From: an uncultured Planctomycetales bacterium
GTDB taxonomy: Bacteria > Omnitrophota > Gorgyraeia > Zapsychrales > Fredricksoniimonadaceae
DNA: 37,999 nt
Reading direction: 5' to 3'
Assembly (NCBI GenBank): GCA_964400365.1
Contig: CAYNTZ010000001.1
Coordinates: forward strand, 1-37,999
Numbering within the stretch: position 1 is the stretch's first letter; each line of letters begins with the position of its first letter. A program made the position numbers and the translations under genes. The notes under the pieces were generated by a model. It was not told where the DNA came from and did no database searches. It saw only the letters and a program-made list of their open reading frames with translations. Below are positions 36,233 through 37,999 of this stretch, piece by piece.

Positions 36233-37999
36233 TATACTATTTCCTCTAGCGCTTTAACTAAACGGCCCTCGTCCCCAGCCATTTTCAAATAAACCTTATG
36301 ATTCATCAGCTGGCTAATCTTCCCTGGCAGGTCTTTAACAGAAGTTGCCATCACATACCCTTGTTCACTTAAGTTAAAAACAAATTGCTCATACTTATCA
36401 CGGACCTTATCCGACGCAGAATTACGCGGATCAAAAACAATGGTTTTCTTGCCTGAAGCCACTGCCTCAGAAACCATGGATACGCTTTCACCGGAAACAA
36501 CCACTAAATCAGCCAAACCCAATATCCCGCCAATAGCTTCAGGAACATCCTGCTGATTAGCTATAATACATAACGGACAACGCTCAAAACCTTTTAGCTC
36601 CCTGGCCACAATCTGTTCAATCGCCGCTGGAGTACGCCTGGACGTTGTCACCAAGATTTCCGCATTATAATGCAGGGCCGCTTCTTTTAAGTGGTTAATC
36701 AATAACCGTATCTTCGCCTCATCAAAAATAACACCCTTGGTATTACCTCCTAAACATAAGGCAAATTTCGTACGCACATTGCCCTTTAAATGCGAATAAC
36801 GCCGCACCAAGGCGTCACTATTTGCCTTTAAATAGGCCGGGTTAATCAAACTTAACGCCACCTTTGTCCGCAACAACTTCTTCACGCCAAAAGGAATATT
36901 GTCATGCTCAGGAATAACATTTAAATCAAAACAATTTGGCGATAAGATCCCTGCCTTTAAAACCTGCACCGCCTTAGCTAAATGATTCTGCTTTAAGATA
37001 TACATGACACCGCTTGCCTTGGACCCCGCTGAAATTAAATAATCCGCCTTCACCGACATAATCTGCGCATAAGATGGCGCTGTCAAAAAATAGCTCAAAC
37101 AAGCCTCGCCGCGCAAAACAGCAAGGTACTGAGCTAAGAAAACATAACAAGAAAAAGCCTTAGCTAATAATTTGGTACGAAAAACAATTTCAACAATTTT
37201 TTCCCGGGGCTGCATATCCCTTTGTTTTAAGACACCCATTAATGAACGGCTCACCGCTTGGGCTTGGCGCAAATGCCCAACCCGACCATCATCTAAAACA
37301 ACAATTTGTGGCGTAGTGGTGTACTTATACACCTTATAGAACCATAGGTATTCCTGCGGATGTTCTTTAATGAATTTTTCCACGTAATCCACGGAACGCT
37401 GGATATTATCGCGCACATCTTTTTCTAGGTCACCGGTTGATGTCATATGTAAATCAGTAAAGAATTCCAAGGTGTGCCGACCATCAGCACCACGCCTAAT
37501 CCATGCTAAACAAATGGCACAACCATACTTAATGGCCAATCGCACCGCACCAGTTGACATCGAAGCTGTCTTGCCAAAGAAATTAACAGGCAAACCATCC
37601 CTGCCCCCTTGATCCAGCACCAAGGTAATCGCCTCATTATTCTTTAACGCTTTAATAATCTCACGGGTCGCTACCCCTGGGGCGATGACCTTAGCCCCAC
37701 CAACCCCACGGTATTCATTAAGCACCGCATCTAAGGCAGGGTCCTTTGAGAGAATATTAGCCACAATATTATAGGGGTATCCGCCTAAACTACCCACCAC
37801 CGAGGCTAATTCCCAATTACCCGAATGCAAGGCCAAGAAAATCAATCCCTTGCCCTGCTGGAACCCATCTTGAACATTGTCCATACCCTTGACATCAACC
37901 AAACGCTCAACCCCTAGGCGCATGATCTTTGGCATACACAGCATTTCCATAAAATTCTGAGAAAAATTAACAAAGACCTGGCGGATAATGCGGTGTAAT
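36232..37999 (-). CDS. Lipid A late acyltransferase (LpxL/HtrB family) fused to an ELM1/GtrOC1-family (DUF1022) putative glycosyltransferase domain; N-terminus lies outside the window
   Basis: The frame stays open from 37950 to the window edge; upstream codons read LHRIIRQVFVNFSQNF. The LpxL-like part has HSGNWE (HX4E), GAVRLAIKYG and EHPQEYLWFYKVYK. The ELM1-like part starts about nt 37314 (IVVLDDGRVGHLRQAQAV, TTSRRTP, VVSGESVSMVSEAVASGKKT). Confidence 0.8.
   Translation of the reverse strand, partial: LHRIIRQVFVNFSQNFMEMLCMPKIMRLGVERLVDVKGMDNVQDGFQQGKGLIFLALHSGNWELASVVGSLGGYPYNIVANILSKDPALDAVLNEYRGVGGAKVIAPGVATREIIKALKNNEAITLVLDQGGRDGLPVNFFGKTASMSTGAVRLAIKYGCAICLAWIRRGADGRHTLEFFTDLHMTSTGDLEKDVRDNIQRSVDYVEKFIKEHPQEYLWFYKVYKYTTTPQIVVLDDGRVGHLRQAQAVSRSLMGVLKQRDMQPREKIVEIVFRTKLLAKAFSCYVFLAQYLAVLRGEACLSYFLTAPSYAQIMSVKADYLISAGSKASGVMYILKQNHLAKAVQVLKAGILSPNCFDLNVIPEHDNIPFGVKKLLRTKVALSLINPAYLKANSDALVRRYSHLKGNVRTKFALCLGGNTKGVIFDEAKIRLLINHLKEAALHYNAEILVTTSRRTPAAIEQIVARELKGFERCPLCIIANQQDVPEAIGGILGLADLVVVSGESVSMVSEAVASGKKTIVFDPRNSASDKVRDKYEQFVFNLSEQGYVMATSVKDLPGKISQLMNHKVYLKMAGDEGRLVKALEEIV

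Overview
The window holds 38 tightly packed protein-coding genes, all on the minus strand, with about 97% coding density and many 1-40 nt start/stop overlaps. I could not support any rRNA, tRNA, CRISPR array, transposase, integrase or recognisable defence gene.

From high to low coordinates the content is:
- 37999-28418: an LPS core and Kdo block. It contains an LpxL-type acyltransferase fused to an ELM1/GtrOC1-like domain, a GT4-GT9 fusion, one GT4, three GT9 heptosyltransferase-like genes, a small secreted protein, a kinase-only hldA, and kdsB-kdsA-kdsD-kdsC.
- 25413-23820: a fused LptC/LptA-like protein, then lptB.
- 23762-17271: tig, clpP (no clpX follows), a class-V aminotransferase with serA, a membrane protein, and purA.
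- 17192-16114: an OmpA/MotB-like lipoprotein and a coiled-coil anchor protein.
- 16036-5443: a Bacillus-like ancestral block, uppS-cdsA-dxr-rseP-[CpaF-like ATPase]-proS-rimP-nusA-infB.
- 5433-1: trpS, scpA, ruvB, DUF2905, SpoIID/LytB-like, queA and the 5' end of tgt.

The organism is a diderm, since LPS, Lpt and OmpA genes are present. It shows several domain-loss features: trigger factor lacks the PPIase domain, ProRS lacks the INS editing domain, and HldA is kinase-only. Lineage cannot be assigned from sequence alone. An uncultivated, possibly reduced-genome diderm is a guess.

I see no clear self-contained novel system. The points most worth follow-up are:
- the gene fusions in the LPS core cluster;
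- the LptC-LptA fusion;
- the orphan secretion ATPase inserted in a conserved housekeeping operon;
- two long imperfect palindromic elements that occupy the only two large intergenic gaps (cdsA-dxr and tig-clpP).
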